Notes under the pieces: generated by a model | What the model was told of the DNA's origin: nothing | Seen by the model: only the letters and a program-made list of their open reading frames with translations | Database searches by the model: none | Position numbers and translations under genes: made by a program | In this document: in pieces, positions 45,809 through 55,311 of the stretch | Position numbering within the stretch: position 1 is the first letter of the stretch | Layout: each line of letters starts with the position of its first letter | Virus record (IMG/VR): IMGVR_UViG_3300049914_000132 | Location: 1-61,801 of that record | DNA: 61,801 nucleotides | Direction: 5' to 3' (one strand) | Source of the DNA: a virus | Lineage: Duplodnaviria; Caudoviricetes

Positions 45809-47326
45809 ATGCCAAGTCAAGCGCAGATACTTCAGCCGACTCTGACGGCTCAGCCTGCTGACCTTCGGGCGCGAGCGGCAGAAGCTCTTAGGGCTACAGT
45901 TGCGCTCTCAGCTCAAGACCCTTCAACATTCTTGGAGTACGTACTTCGCGACGAGATGACTGGAAAGCCTATCCGTCAGGCTCCAATTCACGAGGCTTGG
46001 CATTCGCTGATCAGTGAGCACCATCGCCTTGTCATCTGGTCTCATACAGAGAGTGGCAAGAGCTTTTCCATTAGTATTGGTCGTGTACTGTGGGAGCTTG
46101 GTAGGAATCCGAACCTGCGCATTGTCGTGCTCTCGAACACGCACGGACAAGCGAAGAAGATCGTCAGGACAATCTCGCGTTACATCGAAACCAGTGCAGA
46201 GCTGAAAGCAGTCTTTCCATATCTGAAGCCTGGCTATGGCCCTTGGACTGAGACCATGCTGACTGTAGAACGCACGGTCATCAGCAAGGACCCAAGCGTT
46301 CAAGCGTTTGGTGTGCATGGGAACATCACAGGCTCTCGCGTTGATCTTGTGATTGTGGATGACATCTTGGACCCTGAGAACACAAGGTCAGACAAGAGCA
46401 GGCAGGAGCTTTCAGACTGGTACAGTGCGACAGTCAGTGGGCGTCTTACGGAGAAGGCTCGCGTTATCGTGGTTGGCACTGCATACCATCCAGACGATTT
46501 GTTGCACAGGTTCGCACGGAACCCGATGTGGAAAGCCTTTCGCTATCCTGTGATCGATCCGTCTACTCATTTGCCTGGGTGGCCTGCACGCTGGAGCCCT
46601 ACACGCATAGAGCAGCGGAGGATAGAGCTTGGCCCTTTGGAGTTCGCACGGCAGATGATGTGCGAAGCTCGGGATGACAGTGAGAGCCGGTTCAAGCAGG
46701 CTGCAATCAGCAAGTGCATGGAGCGTGGTGAAGGTCGGAGGCTGCTTGGGAACACTCCACGCGACTACTTGATGTACGTCCCGCTCGGCTGTCAGGTCTA
46801 CACAGGTGTTGACCTTGCAGTGCAGAAGAAGGCATCTGCCGACTTGACCGTGTTCTTCACGATCATTGTGCACCCAGACAGCAGCAGAGAAGTTCTGAAC
46901 ATATTGGCGGGACGCTTTAGCGGACCCGACATCGTCAGCAGGACTATAGACATTCACAAGCGCTTCCAGGGCGTCATGATCGTAGAGTCTAACGGCGCTC
47001 AGGATTATATATTGCAATTCACACGGGATAGAAGTGCTGTGCCTGTTCGTCCGTTCGTGACAGGTAAGAACAAGTGGGATCCTGCTTTTGGTATTGAGTC
47101 CTTGTCGGTAGAGCTGGACAACGCCAAATGGATCATACCGAACGAGGGTGGGATATGCGACTCCGAGGTAGACGCATGGATCAAAGAGATGTTGTACTAC
47201 GATCCGAAGGCACATACAGGCGATAGGCTCATGGCTTCGTACTTTGCTCGTGAGGGCGCACGGTCTATGTACAGTGCAGGCAGTTCGTCTGGAGAGGTTG
47301 GGCGCGTGGACTTGATGTCTAGATAG
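45809..47326 (+). CDS. terL: Terminase large subunit
   Basis: HTESGKS Walker A, ITGSRVDLVIVDD Walker B, VGTAYH.DDL, GVDLA, VESNGAQ, GDRLMA nuclease motifs. Confidence 0.9.
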   Translation: MPSQAQILQPTLTAQPADLRARAAEALRATVALSAQDPSTFLEYVLRDEMTGKPIRQAPIHEAWHSLISEHHRLVIWSHTESGKSFSISIGRVLWELGRNPNLRIVVLSNTHGQAKKIVRTISRYIETSAELKAVFPYLKPGYGPWTETMLTVERTVISKDPSVQAFGVHGNITGSRVDLVIVDDILDPENTRSDKSRQELSDWYSATVSGRLTEKARVIVVGTAYHPDDLLHRFARNPMWKAFRYPVIDPSTHLPGWPARWSPTRIEQRRIELGPLEFARQMMCEARDDSESRFKQAAISKCMERGEGRRLLGNTPRDYLMYVPLGCQVYTGVDLAVQKKASADLTVFFTIIVHPDSSREVLNILAGRFSGPDIVSRTIDIHKRFQGVMIVESNGAQDYILQFTRDRSAVPVRPFVTGKNKWDPAFGIESLSVELDNAKWIIPNEGGICDSEVDAWIKEMLYYDPKAHTGDRLMASYFAREGARSMYSAGSSSGEVGRVDLMSR

Positions 47327-47345
47327 AACAACGAAAGGATCAAAC

Positions 47346-47540
47346 ATGGCACAAGGTGAATTCACTAAGGAAGAAGCACATGCAACCATCAAAGCAGTTG
47401 AAGAACTTCATGCGGCGTTGCCCAAAGGAAGACGTGCGGATTTCATTGGGCACTTGAACGACATCTACCTTTTCCTTCAAGCAGCGGAGGAAGTTGCTCC
47501 TGAGAAAACTGCACAGCTTGGGAAGACTGATGGCTCGTAG
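47346..47540 (+). CDS. Hypothetical protein
   Basis: AAGGA RBS. Confidence 0.55.
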   Translation: MAQGEFTKEEAHATIKAVEELHAALPKGRRADFIGHLNDIYLFLQAAEEVAPEKTAQLGKTDGS

Positions 47541-47874
47541 GGCCAATCAGATGGTCAGAGGCATGGATCGCATAGAGCTTGAAGCCAACCTGTCCAAGAT
47601 ATCTGCTGCGTACGCTGAACTCAGGCTGATGGGGACACCGTGCTTGAACTGTGCAGTTGCAGCTATCTACAAGTGCATTGATCCTTCGTGCAAAGTTGGG
47701 AGGACTGCTGGCATGGTCATAGGTTCTATTAGTGTTTGTGCAGACAGATCTATGTTGAGAGCTGCCAGAGATGCTCTCAAGCGCCGCAAAGTTCGTTTTA
47801 TGGATGTGATCTATTACATGAACACGCAAAAGTTGATTGACCGAAGTGCCTATGTGGAACGTTATTCATTCTGA
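47530..47874 (+). CDS. Cys-rich protein (AAYxEL.L.G..CxxC family)
   Basis: SAAYAELRLMGTPCLNC. Confidence 0.5.
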   Translation: MARRANQMVRGMDRIELEANLSKISAAYAELRLMGTPCLNCAVAAIYKCIDPSCKVGRTAGMVIGSISVCADRSMLRAARDALKRRKVRFMDVIYYMNTQKLIDRSAYVERYSF

Positions 47875-50203
47875 GTGCATGCTTGCAATGCACAAGATGG
47901 AGCCCAACAGCGCTGACGCTGTGGTGACTGATCCACCGTACGAGCTTGGGTTCATGGGTAAGGGTTGGGACAAGTCAGGGATCGCAAACTCCGTCAGAAT
48001 GTGGCGTGAGGTCTTTCGTGTGCTCAAGCCAGGTGGTTACTTGCTCAGCTTCGGTGGAACTCGAACCTATCACCGGATGGCTTGCGCGATCGAAGACGCA
48101 GGGTTTGAGATCCGTGATAGCTTGGACTGGCTGTATGGCTGCTTGAGTGAGGACACTGAGATCCTGGTTAATGGAGAGTGGGAACATTACCGTAAAGCCG
48201 TTGCAGGGAGTCTCGCATTATGCTATGATGTACAGTATGACACGCTCTCTTGGCAAGAGATCCAAGAAGTCTTTGCCTATCCGTACAATGATACCGCCTT
48301 CCGAATTCAGTCGAATAGTACGGATCAGATCGTCTCCAGAAACCATCGCTGCCTTATTGAACGAGACGGAGCGCTCATTTTTTCTATCGCAGAAGAAGTT
48401 GCACGGGAATGCTCGGCGCGTGTACCCGTTTTGGAAGATCTGTCTGGTCTGTTTGAGGCCCTTCCAGTGCCACACCAAGGAACAAGTTTCCAGGAACAAG
48501 ACATGCACTATGGGTTGTGCGACAAGCTTACTGGGCAAGTATCCGAGACCACAGAAGCGCTCAAACGCAAAGTGCTCGGTGTGCAACAAACAGATCTATC
48601 GGTTTCCGAGTCACCTTCTTCGGGTTCAGACTCCAACCTGCTCTCGTCAATGCAATGGGAAACTTCGAGGGTTAGCGTGGAAAGCTCATGCACACAAGGG
48701 GAGGAAGGCATGGACAAAAGAATCCGAGATTGCATTTCGAGGGAAGATGTCAGGGTCACTCAATCCAGCGTGGAAGGGCGGGGTGACATTCTTCAAGAAG
48801 CATGGCAACTACAAGGGTGTCCGATACGTTCGGTGTCCGGCCATGCTTATTCAGATGGCACGGAAGGACGGGTACGTCATGGAGCATCGTTTGATTGTGG
48901 CAAAGCTGATCGGGCGCTGCCTTTTACAGATGGAGATAGTCCATCACGAAGACCGAGACCCACAAAACAACAAGCCATTGAATCTGATGTTGTTCAGATC
49001 AAACAAGGAGCACAAACTGTACGAGCATCACGGTTCGCCTCTTCCGATCTGGCGAGGGTCACACCTTTCCACCTCATTGGAACAGTGTGGTGCGTGAAGG
49101 TTCCGACTGGCGCGTTTGTCGCACGTCGAAACGGTAAGATCTTCATTACTGGTAACTCTGGCTTCCCGAAGTCGCTGGACATCAGCTTGGCGATAGACAC
49201 AAAGCTTGGAAAGAGCCGGAAGGCGATTGGTCCTGCGACCAGGCATGGGGGTGGGGACAGCAAGGTCATGGTGGGCGACTACAACGCCCCAAGGACCGCG
49301 CCTGCCAGCCCCCAGGCAGCTCTTTGGGATGGGTGGGGCACAGCCCTGAAGCCAGCGCACGAGCCGATTGTGCTCGCCCGCAAGCCCTTCTCGGGGACCA
49401 TTGTGGCGCACGTGCTCAAGCACGGTACAGGGGGTATCAACGTCGGGGCGTGCAGGCTGGGAACGACTGAGAACCTTGGGAGGAACAACAAGAGTCAGGC
49501 GACATGGGGAAATTATGGGAATGGACCAAGCAGCCAATTAGGACTTCCGATTTCTGATCAGAGTCGTTTCCCTCCAAACGTTCTGCTCAGCCATTCACCT
49601 GCATGCGGGAAGAAGTGCGCTCCAGGCTGTCCTGTTGCAGCATTGGACAAGCAGAGCGGGATCTTGAAGGGTGGAACGATCAAAGCATCAACTGTTACAA
49701 AAGGTGGCTCAAGAATCGGGACGTTCAATATTCGAGAACGGACGGGACGTCAGTATGTTGGGTCTGTAGGTGGAGCGTCCAAGTTCTTTCCGATCTTGAA
49801 CTGGGATCCGATGGACTTCGACTTCTTCCGCTACCAAGCAAAGCCATCGAACACCGAACGGGATGCAGGATGTGCAGGAGAGGGCACAGCAGCAGAAGTT
49901 ACCGGCCGAGAGCCGGATAGCAGAGGGCTGAACAACTCAAGGTCAGGGATGCGCCGGAAAGGATCAGTTGGCAACGAACACCCTACGGTCAAACCTATCA
50001 CCCTCATGGGCTGGCTCTGCAAGCTCATCACACCGAAAGGTGGGCTCATACTCGATCCGTTCTGTGGTTCTGGGACAACAGGTTGTGCGGCAATCTGGCT
50101 CGGGTTCAACTTCATAGGGATTGATCAGTCAGCAGAGTACGCTGAGCTAGCCCGTGGGAGGATAGCAGCATACGAGAAACACTTGGCCAGCAAGCACAAA
50201 TAG
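47852..50203 (+). CDS. Beta-class N4/N6 DNA methyltransferase containing an intein
   Basis: VTDPPY, RVLKPGG, WLYG|SGFPKS, LKPAHEPI, HPTVKP, LDPFCGSGTTG. Confidence 0.92.
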   Translation: MWNVIHSECMLAMHKMEPNSADAVVTDPPYELGFMGKGWDKSGIANSVRMWREVFRVLKPGGYLLSFGGTRTYHRMACAIEDAGFEIRDSLDWLYGCLSEDTEILVNGEWEHYRKAVAGSLALCYDVQYDTLSWQEIQEVFAYPYNDTAFRIQSNSTDQIVSRNHRCLIERDGALIFSIAEEVARECSARVPVLEDLSGLFEALPVPHQGTSFQEQDMHYGLCDKLTGQVSETTEALKRKVLGVQQTDLSVSESPSSGSDSNLLSSMQWETSRVSVESSCTQGEEGMDKRIRDCISREDVRVTQSSVEGRGDILQEAWQLQGCPIRSVSGHAYSDGTEGRVRHGASFDCGKADRALPFTDGDSPSRRPRPTKQQAIESDVVQIKQGAQTVRASRFASSDLARVTPFHLIGTVWCVKVPTGAFVARRNGKIFITGNSGFPKSLDISLAIDTKLGKSRKAIGPATRHGGGDSKVMVGDYNAPRTAPASPQAALWDGWGTALKPAHEPIVLARKPFSGTIVAHVLKHGTGGINVGACRLGTTENLGRNNKSQATWGNYGNGPSSQLGLPISDQSRFPPNVLLSHSPACGKKCAPGCPVAALDKQSGILKGGTIKASTVTKGGSRIGTFNIRERTGRQYVGSVGGASKFFPILNWDPMDFDFFRYQAKPSNTERDAGCAGEGTAAEVTGREPDSRGLNNSRSGMRRKGSVGNEHPTVKPITLMGWLCKLITPKGGLILDPFCGSGTTGCAAIWLGFNFIGIDQSAEYAELARGRIAAYEKHLASKHK
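48140..49156 (+). mobile_element. Intein (339 aa) in the methyltransferase
   Basis: Begins CLSEDTEIL (block A), SRNHRCL (block B), VWCVKVPTGAFVARRNGKIFITGN|S (blocks F/G); removing it restores the conserved WLYG-SGFPK. Confidence 0.9.
48147..49097 (+). CDS. HNH homing endonuclease in the +1 frame inside the intein (true start uncertain)
   Basis: CLVC..C..C and CSVC..CSRQC zinc fingers, NPAWKGG, GYVMEHRLI, EIVHHEDRDPQNNKPLNLML..H. Confidence 0.85.
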   Translation: MRTLRSWLMESGNITVKPLQGVSHYAMMYSMTRSLGKRSKKSLPIRTMIPPSEFSRIVRIRSSPETIAALLNETERSFFLSQKKLHGNARRVYPFWKICLVCLRPFQCHTKEQVSRNKTCTMGCATSLLGKYPRPQKRSNAKCSVCNKQIYRFPSHLLRVQTPTCSRQCNGKLRGLAWKAHAHKGRKAWTKESEIAFRGKMSGSLNPAWKGGVTFFKKHGNYKGVRYVRCPAMLIQMARKDGYVMEHRLIVAKLIGRCLLQMEIVHHEDRDPQNNKPLNLMLFRSNKEHKLYEHHGSPLPIWRGSHLSTSLEQCGA

Positions 50204-50242
50204 TGCTTGCCTTGTTAGTGCTAGTGTGCTAAGCTGCGTAGT

Positions 50243-50515
50243 GTGAGGCTAGGCAACGGCAAGATGACAAAGCGGGATAGGATACAGGCTGCATGCTCCG
50301 AACTGGCATTGTTTGGGCATGCTTGCTTGGAGTGCCCGATCAATAGAGTAGTACGCTGTTCTACTCTGTCTGATATATCATACTGCTTTCATACACCGAA
50401 TGTACGCGCTCGTGTAGAGCACATTTTCCTTCAGTACGGTGTCTCAAAGCTTGAAGTTGTAGAATGTGCAAGAATGATGGAGTTCGGCGCTAGGAACCGC
50501 TTGGCTCGGGAATGA
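50243..50515 (+). CDS. Cys-rich paralog
   Basis: DRIQAACSELALFGHACLEC...YGV. Confidence 0.55.
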   Translation: MRLGNGKMTKRDRIQAACSELALFGHACLECPINRVVRCSTLSDISYCFHTPNVRARVEHIFLQYGVSKLEVVECARMMEFGARNRLARE

Positions 50516-50751
50516 GCTTGATCCGGAAATCTGATCGGATAGCTGCTGCATACACAGAGCTGAGCCTGCTTGGCTTTGGCTGCTTCAAGTGTTCCGCCCC
50601 ACGCTCGAAAGTGTGCTCCATAAACGGGGAGTTAGCACTGCACTGTGTGTTTCAGAACAGCAACTTCGACGCGGACGCAGCCAGGGGTACTCTTGTGTAC
50701 TACGATGTTTATCTGTCAGAAGTTTCAGATTACAGAAACAAGGCAGGATAG
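50512..50751 (+). CDS. Cys-rich paralog
   Basis: DRIAAAYTELSLLGFGCFKC...YDV. Confidence 0.55.
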   Translation: MSLIRKSDRIAAAYTELSLLGFGCFKCSAPRSKVCSINGELALHCVFQNSNFDADAARGTLVYYDVYLSEVSDYRNKAG

Positions 50752-50813
50752 CTTAATGGGAAAGCCTGGGTCATATACACCAGAGACTGTCGGTTCGATT
50801 CCGGCTCCTGCCT
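50742..50813 (+). tRNA. tRNA-like element with aberrant anticodon arm (Met/Ile2 CAT-like or pseudo-tRNA)
   Basis: Acceptor GGCAGGA/TCCTGCC; D arm GCTT/AAGC; T arm GTCGG-TTCGATT-CCGGC; irregular anticodon arm CTGG-GTCATATACA-CCAG; no CCA. Confidence 0.55.
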
Positions 50814-50815
50814 CT

Positions 50816-51034
50816 ATGGAAGCTATACAATCAGAAGAGCACAGAAGGGCTTGTGCTTATTCAGAGATCGTTCTGAGTGATAACTTTAGTACAGCACTTG
50901 ATTGTGGCGTGTGCCGCGTGAATGTATGTAGCCGACATGATGTGCCAGAGGTCCTTGAAAGGTATGGAGTTTCATTGCCTGAATTTCAAGCGTACGTTCG
51001 GAAGGTTCATCGTTACGCTAAGGCTACTACATGA
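50816..51034 (+). CDS. Cys-rich paralog
   Basis: RRACAYSEIVL..CGVC..LERYGV. Confidence 0.45.
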   Translation: MEAIQSEEHRRACAYSEIVLSDNFSTALDCGVCRVNVCSRHDVPEVLERYGVSLPEFQAYVRKVHRYAKATT

Positions 51035-51231
51035 TCTCATCTCCTGAAGTAACAGAGGCAGCTTATACTCTTGAAGCTACGCTCAGGCTGTCAGACACGG
51101 ATTGCAGTGTTTGCACAGCTTTGCCTCATTGTGTGTATGTAGCTGTGAACAAAAATCTGTTCTCGCCAACTAGTTGTGCAGGGTGTCATCCGGAGTTCAT
51201 GGAGTTCTTGTGTGATCTTTTTACCGTCTGA
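51031..51231 (+). CDS. Cys-rich paralog
   Basis: AYTLEATLRLS..CSVC..CAGC. Confidence 0.45.
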   Translation: MISSPEVTEAAYTLEATLRLSDTDCSVCTALPHCVYVAVNKNLFSPTSCAGCHPEFMEFLCDLFTV

Positions 51232-51401
51232 AAAATTGAGGGTAGCTCTTGCCTTGGAAGCTACAGTGCGACTGGGTGGCTATCAAGGACTAGGACTAGC
51301 ATGGTGTGCACGCTGTCCAATGCTGTCTGCGTGTGCTAGAGCTTGCGTAGCAGGATGGAAGGTTAACGTTCCAGGATGTTGTCAGTTCAGGGCTCACTTG
51401 G

Positions 51402-51755
51402 ATGACCTCAAAGCGAATGTACAAGGTAGAGATCAGCCTGCCAAAGCCAGGCGCAAAGCCTTGGAAGAGAGAACAGCTTCAACTACCCATAGGAGAAGCA
51501 CTAATGGCAAAGACCGAGAAAGTTGTAACAGGCGACCAGCTTCCCAAGACTGAAGTCAGACAGTCTGATCCCATTCTGCTCAAGAATGTGAGCGAGGACG
51601 ACGCAGCATCAGAGTCAAGCAGGATACACACTGCATACAACGATCAATCTGCGAAGAACGCAAAGATGCGTGCTGTCTTGCTCAGGTGGGTTGAGTGCCA
51701 TGGTGTGACTTGCGCGTGTGAGCTGTGCAGGGCAACAAGGGAGGCATTGATATGA
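51402..51755 (+). CDS. Hypothetical protein (start may be 51503)
   Basis: C-terminal CH..CACELC; AGGAG RBS before the internal ATG. Confidence 0.45.
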   Translation: MTSKRMYKVEISLPKPGAKPWKREQLQLPIGEALMAKTEKVVTGDQLPKTEVRQSDPILLKNVSEDDAASESSRIHTAYNDQSAKNAKMRAVLLRWVECHGVTCACELCRATREALI

Positions 51756-52138
51756 GCAGGGCATGCACTGTGACAAAGAAAGAGCATGCTCTTTCTATCT
51801 GTTGTAGTCATGGAGTTCCTGTTGATGGGTGCCTTGGTTGCATTGAGCACATGATGATGCACGACGAGGCGAGCAAAGCAGCTATGAGGGCTCAAGCTCG
51901 GCATGAGAAGACACAGACTCCAGAAGAGAAGGCTCTTGCTGATCAGGCTGCTCGGACGTTGACAGTTGCGTTGCGAGCTGTAGAGGACACTATGCACGCG
52001 GTGTCTGAGCTTTCTGTAGGCCGGGAGGGCTTGGATGTTCTTGCTGCAACAGCCAACCATTTTGCAGAAGCTTCAGAAGCGTCGGCTCGTGTCGCTCAGA
52101 TAGTTGATCGGATAGCAGACAAGTTGTTCGTTAGGTAG
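51752..52138 (+). CDS. Hypothetical protein
   Basis: GGAGG RBS; CCSHG..CLGC then a helical region. Confidence 0.5.
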   Translation: MSRACTVTKKEHALSICCSHGVPVDGCLGCIEHMMMHDEASKAAMRAQARHEKTQTPEEKALADQAARTLTVALRAVEDTMHAVSELSVGREGLDVLAATANHFAEASEASARVAQIVDRIADKLFVR

Positions 52139-52144
52139 TCATTC

Positions 52145-52227
52145 GGAGGCGTAGACCAGTATGGATCTGGGGTGGGCTGTAGACTCATTGTCTTATGACC
52201 AGCAGAGTTCGATTCTCTGAGCCTCCA
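52145..52227 (+). tRNA. tRNA-Tyr(GTA)
   Basis: Acceptor GGAGGCG/AGCCTCC-A; anticodon arm GTGGG-CTGTAGA-CTCAT; long variable arm GTC-TTAT-GAC; T arm CAGAG-TTCGATT-CTCTG. Confidence 0.75.
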
Positions 52228-52230
52228 TCT

Positions 52231-52524
52231 GTGTTGAATAGAAACCATCGGTTCAAATATCCGTTGAAAACAGTTGGTGAGTGCGCCATTGAGCTTGACG
52301 TGCCTGCTGAGTCTATTCAAGACCTTGTAGACGCTGGGGATGTGCCATACACGATTAACAGACAGTTCTACACTTGCGTTGACGTTGATCAGGTTCGGAC
52401 CAAGTTAGCTAGCAAAGCTGAACGGATCTTGCTAGGGCCACAGGTCCAGGACGCTGTTGTCGAGGTCAATGGCCAGGCTATGCACCTGTCAGACAGGGGC
52501 TTCTGGGACTACGCCAAGCAGTAG
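52231..52524 (+). CDS. Xis/HTH-like small protein (AERxLL family; start uncertain)
   Basis: LKTVGECAIELDVP..IQDLVDAGDVP...KAERILL. Confidence 0.5.
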   Translation: MLNRNHRFKYPLKTVGECAIELDVPAESIQDLVDAGDVPYTINRQFYTCVDVDQVRTKLASKAERILLGPQVQDAVVEVNGQAMHLSDRGFWDYAKQ

Positions 52525-52549
52525 CCTTCTTTAGTCTTCTTGCGCTAGT

Positions 52550-54253
52550 ATGTTGGGCGCGGGAGGTTACGTGAGTTCAGGTACGATTACCGAGCCTTAT
52601 GCAGCCAAGAAGGTGTCCGGAGCAGCCGGAGACCGCATACTGGAGAAGGTCAAGCGCCTTGGCATGACGCCGAGGCAGCAAGCTCTGAATGCTTTGTGGG
52701 CTTGGTACAGGACGCAGCACTACGACGCCAGGCGTTGTGATTGGGATGGGACGGAGCGCGTTCAAGGCATCGATCATGAAGCAATCGCAACGGCAGGATT
52801 CATTCCTCCAGGCTTCTACGATGCAGGCCAGACGTTTCCGATCAAGTTCAGACGCCCGACTGCGCCTTATGCTCTCATCAAAGTCATCGTAGATCGCTTC
52901 ACTGGCTTGCTGTTCTCAGAGCGCCGTCACCCTCATCTTCGTGTGGATGGCGATCATAAGACTGAGGACTACGTTCAAGCACTTGCAGAAGCAGCACGAC
53001 TATGGCCTGCAATGATTCAAGCTCGAACGTATGGGGGCGCGACAGGCTCTGTTGCAATTGGATTCAAGTTCATCGAAGGGAAGCCTATAGTAGAAGTTCA
53101 CGATCCTCGGTGGATGTTTCCTGACTTCAAAGACAGGGAACAGCTTGTCTTGAAGTCAGTCGAGAAACGATACCAGTACCCTGTTGAAATCCAGAATGAA
53201 GTGACGGGAGACTGGGAAGAGGTTCCCCATTGGTACAGGAGAGTGATCAACGAGAAGTCTGATGTGCTATACGAGCCCGTTCCTGTTCCCAAGGATGGCA
53301 GCGAGCCTGAATGGAAAGAGCAGCAGCATGTTGAACATCGGTTTGGGTTCTGTCCTGTGGTTTGGGTGCAGAACCTTCCTGTACAAGACGACGTGGATGG
53401 TGACCCTGACTGTCATGGCATCTATGATCTTGCAGAGGCAATTGATGCATTGATATCACAGGGAAATAGAGGTACGACTGCGAACTGCGATCCGACGTTA
53501 GTGATCATCACAGAGGCCAAGTTGGCAGACGTACGCAAGGGTAGTGACAACGCCATCAAGCTTCCGCCAAACTCTTCCGCTCAGTATCTTGAGATCTCAG
53601 GTCAGGGACCGAAGTCTGCATTGGACACAGCAGGACAACTCAGAACGTATGCACTTGAGGTTGCGCAGTGCGTTCTTGATCATCCGGATGTTGCGAACAG
53701 GACAGCGACAGAAGTAGAGCGTGTGTTCTCTTCAATGCTTTCCAAAGCGGACATCCTACGAGAACAGTACGGGCAGAAGGGCGTTCTTCCTCTCGTTGAA
53801 ATGATGATCAAGTCTATCCGAATGCTCGGAAAGTCTAAGGCTGTTTCTGTTGTGAGGCAATCTGAGGAAGGTGAGCAGACTGTCCCAGAAATTCAGAGTC
53901 AGTTTGTCAAACTGCCTGACCGTGTGATTCCTGGCGTAGATGGGGAACCTGCGAAGCGCGAGAAGCGCGAGCTTGGTCCGCCAGGCAGTGTTGTCGTGAT
54001 TCAGTGGGGTGCTTACTTCGACTCCAGCACAACGGACATTGCAGCTTCTTCAGATGCTGCGACCAAGGCTCAGCAAGGCGGTCTCATTGATCAGGAGCAT
54101 GCAGCCCGGTTCGTTGCTCCGTACTTCCATGTGGAAGATGTGCCCGAGATGCTTGCCAAGGTGAAAAGGGAAAAGGAAGAAGCACAGGCAGCGATGGATC
54201 AGCAGCTCATGGGTGGGATGGGCCAGAACCAAGGTTGGTCGGAGAATGAATGA
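52550..54253 (+). CDS. Portal protein (SPP1 gp6-like)
   Basis: 567 aa; IVDRFTGLLF, HRFGFCPVVWVQNLP..DG..D, IDALISQ..R; downstream of TerL. Confidence 0.8.
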   Translation: MLGAGGYVSSGTITEPYAAKKVSGAAGDRILEKVKRLGMTPRQQALNALWAWYRTQHYDARRCDWDGTERVQGIDHEAIATAGFIPPGFYDAGQTFPIKFRRPTAPYALIKVIVDRFTGLLFSERRHPHLRVDGDHKTEDYVQALAEAARLWPAMIQARTYGGATGSVAIGFKFIEGKPIVEVHDPRWMFPDFKDREQLVLKSVEKRYQYPVEIQNEVTGDWEEVPHWYRRVINEKSDVLYEPVPVPKDGSEPEWKEQQHVEHRFGFCPVVWVQNLPVQDDVDGDPDCHGIYDLAEAIDALISQGNRGTTANCDPTLVIITEAKLADVRKGSDNAIKLPPNSSAQYLEISGQGPKSALDTAGQLRTYALEVAQCVLDHPDVANRTATEVERVFSSMLSKADILREQYGQKGVLPLVEMMIKSIRMLGKSKAVSVVRQSEEGEQTVPEIQSQFVKLPDRVIPGVDGEPAKREKRELGPPGSVVVIQWGAYFDSSTTDIAASSDAATKAQQGGLIDQEHAARFVAPYFHVEDVPEMLAKVKREKEEAQAAMDQQLMGGMGQNQGWSENE

Positions 54254-54534
54254 GCCGGGCGTTTCCAAACCCAAGTGTGATTCAGCACTCCATTCACCGT
54301 GCTCCGTATGGTGTGGGTTGGCTCAGAGAAGAGCAAGCATACGATCTTTGCCCTCACTTGACGCCTGATCACATCTCGAGGTTTTACTATGCAGGACGCT
54401 TGCTTGCATGGCGCGAAGTCCCTGCTGGTCGTGAGACTTCTGCTTGTGTGGTATGGCTTCGCCCTGTGAACACAGACGCGAAGAACGGATGGCTTGAGAT
54501 TGACGAACTGGCGTCGGGCAAGAAGCCCCTCTGA
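54250..54534 (+). CDS. Hypothetical protein
   Basis: ATGA overlap with the portal gene. Confidence 0.5.
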   Translation: MSRAFPNPSVIQHSIHRAPYGVGWLREEQAYDLCPHLTPDHISRFYYAGRLLAWREVPAGRETSACVVWLRPVNTDAKNGWLEIDELASGKKPL

Positions 54535-54544
54535 GGAGACACGT

Positions 54545-55309
54545 ATGGACAAGTTTATTCGATTGATCTTGGCTCTACTTGTTGTTCTACCTGTGTTCAC
54601 ACGAGCAGACGTGTGTGGGAATACTGCCGAGAGAGTCTATGCACTGCCTTTGACTACTGCGACGCCCGTTGGAGCAGGAATCGCAGGAAGGAAGCTGATC
54701 TCAGTTTGTTCCTCGAACTCGAATGCTGCAACGGTCATTGTCCAGTGCCGTGGAGATGGCACTGATGTTGTCTATGGTGACTCGAACATAGGCATACAGA
54801 TCGCGCCTGGGCAGTGTGCACAGTTCGGTGCTCCAGAGGGCATAACCATCAGCTGTGCTTCAAACACAGCAGGCGCAGTCGTAAAGACGAAGGAGTGTAC
54901 AGGTACTTCGCCCCCACAATATCTGATCAATGGTCCGACTCCATCTATGACTGTTGCAGGAACGGTGACGGCGAACCAAGGCACAGCGGGGGCTACTGCT
55001 TGGCCTGTTACGTTTACACCTGGAACTGTTGCGACTGCGTCAACCCCAGGAACGTGCACATCAGTCACAGTCAGTGCTGTGCTAATTGCAGCGAACGCTA
55101 CCCGTAAGAGCGTGGTGATTCAGGCTGCGACAGCCAACACCAAGAACGTCCGATGGGCAAAAGCCGCAACTGCGACGGCTGCACAGATGCTTCTTGAGCC
55201 AGGCCAAACGTACATCTTTGATGGTGATGGTGGGTCTGTCTACACAGGGGCCTATGCTTTCATCTCAGAAGATGGAACAGCACAATCTGTCTGTGTTCAG
55301 GAGGAGTAA
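54545..55309 (+). CDS. Signal-peptide-bearing beta-rich protein
   Basis: MDKFIRLILALLVVLPVFTRA signal; two similar beta domains (RK.ISV.../RKSVVIQ...PGQ); GAGGAG RBS. Confidence 0.6.
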   Translation: MDKFIRLILALLVVLPVFTRADVCGNTAERVYALPLTTATPVGAGIAGRKLISVCSSNSNAATVIVQCRGDGTDVVYGDSNIGIQIAPGQCAQFGAPEGITISCASNTAGAVVKTKECTGTSPPQYLINGPTPSMTVAGTVTANQGTAGATAWPVTFTPGTVATASTPGTCTSVTVSAVLIAANATRKSVVIQAATANTKNVRWAKAATATAAQMLLEPGQTYIFDGDGGSVYTGAYAFISEDGTAQSVCVQEE

Positions 55310-55311
55310 CT

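Noticed and set aside
46412-47392. Long antisense ORFs (e.g. 46412-47392, 22456-23082, 13649-14266, 14773-15414)
   Set aside because: They shadow well-supported genes on the other strand and have no motifs or RBS.
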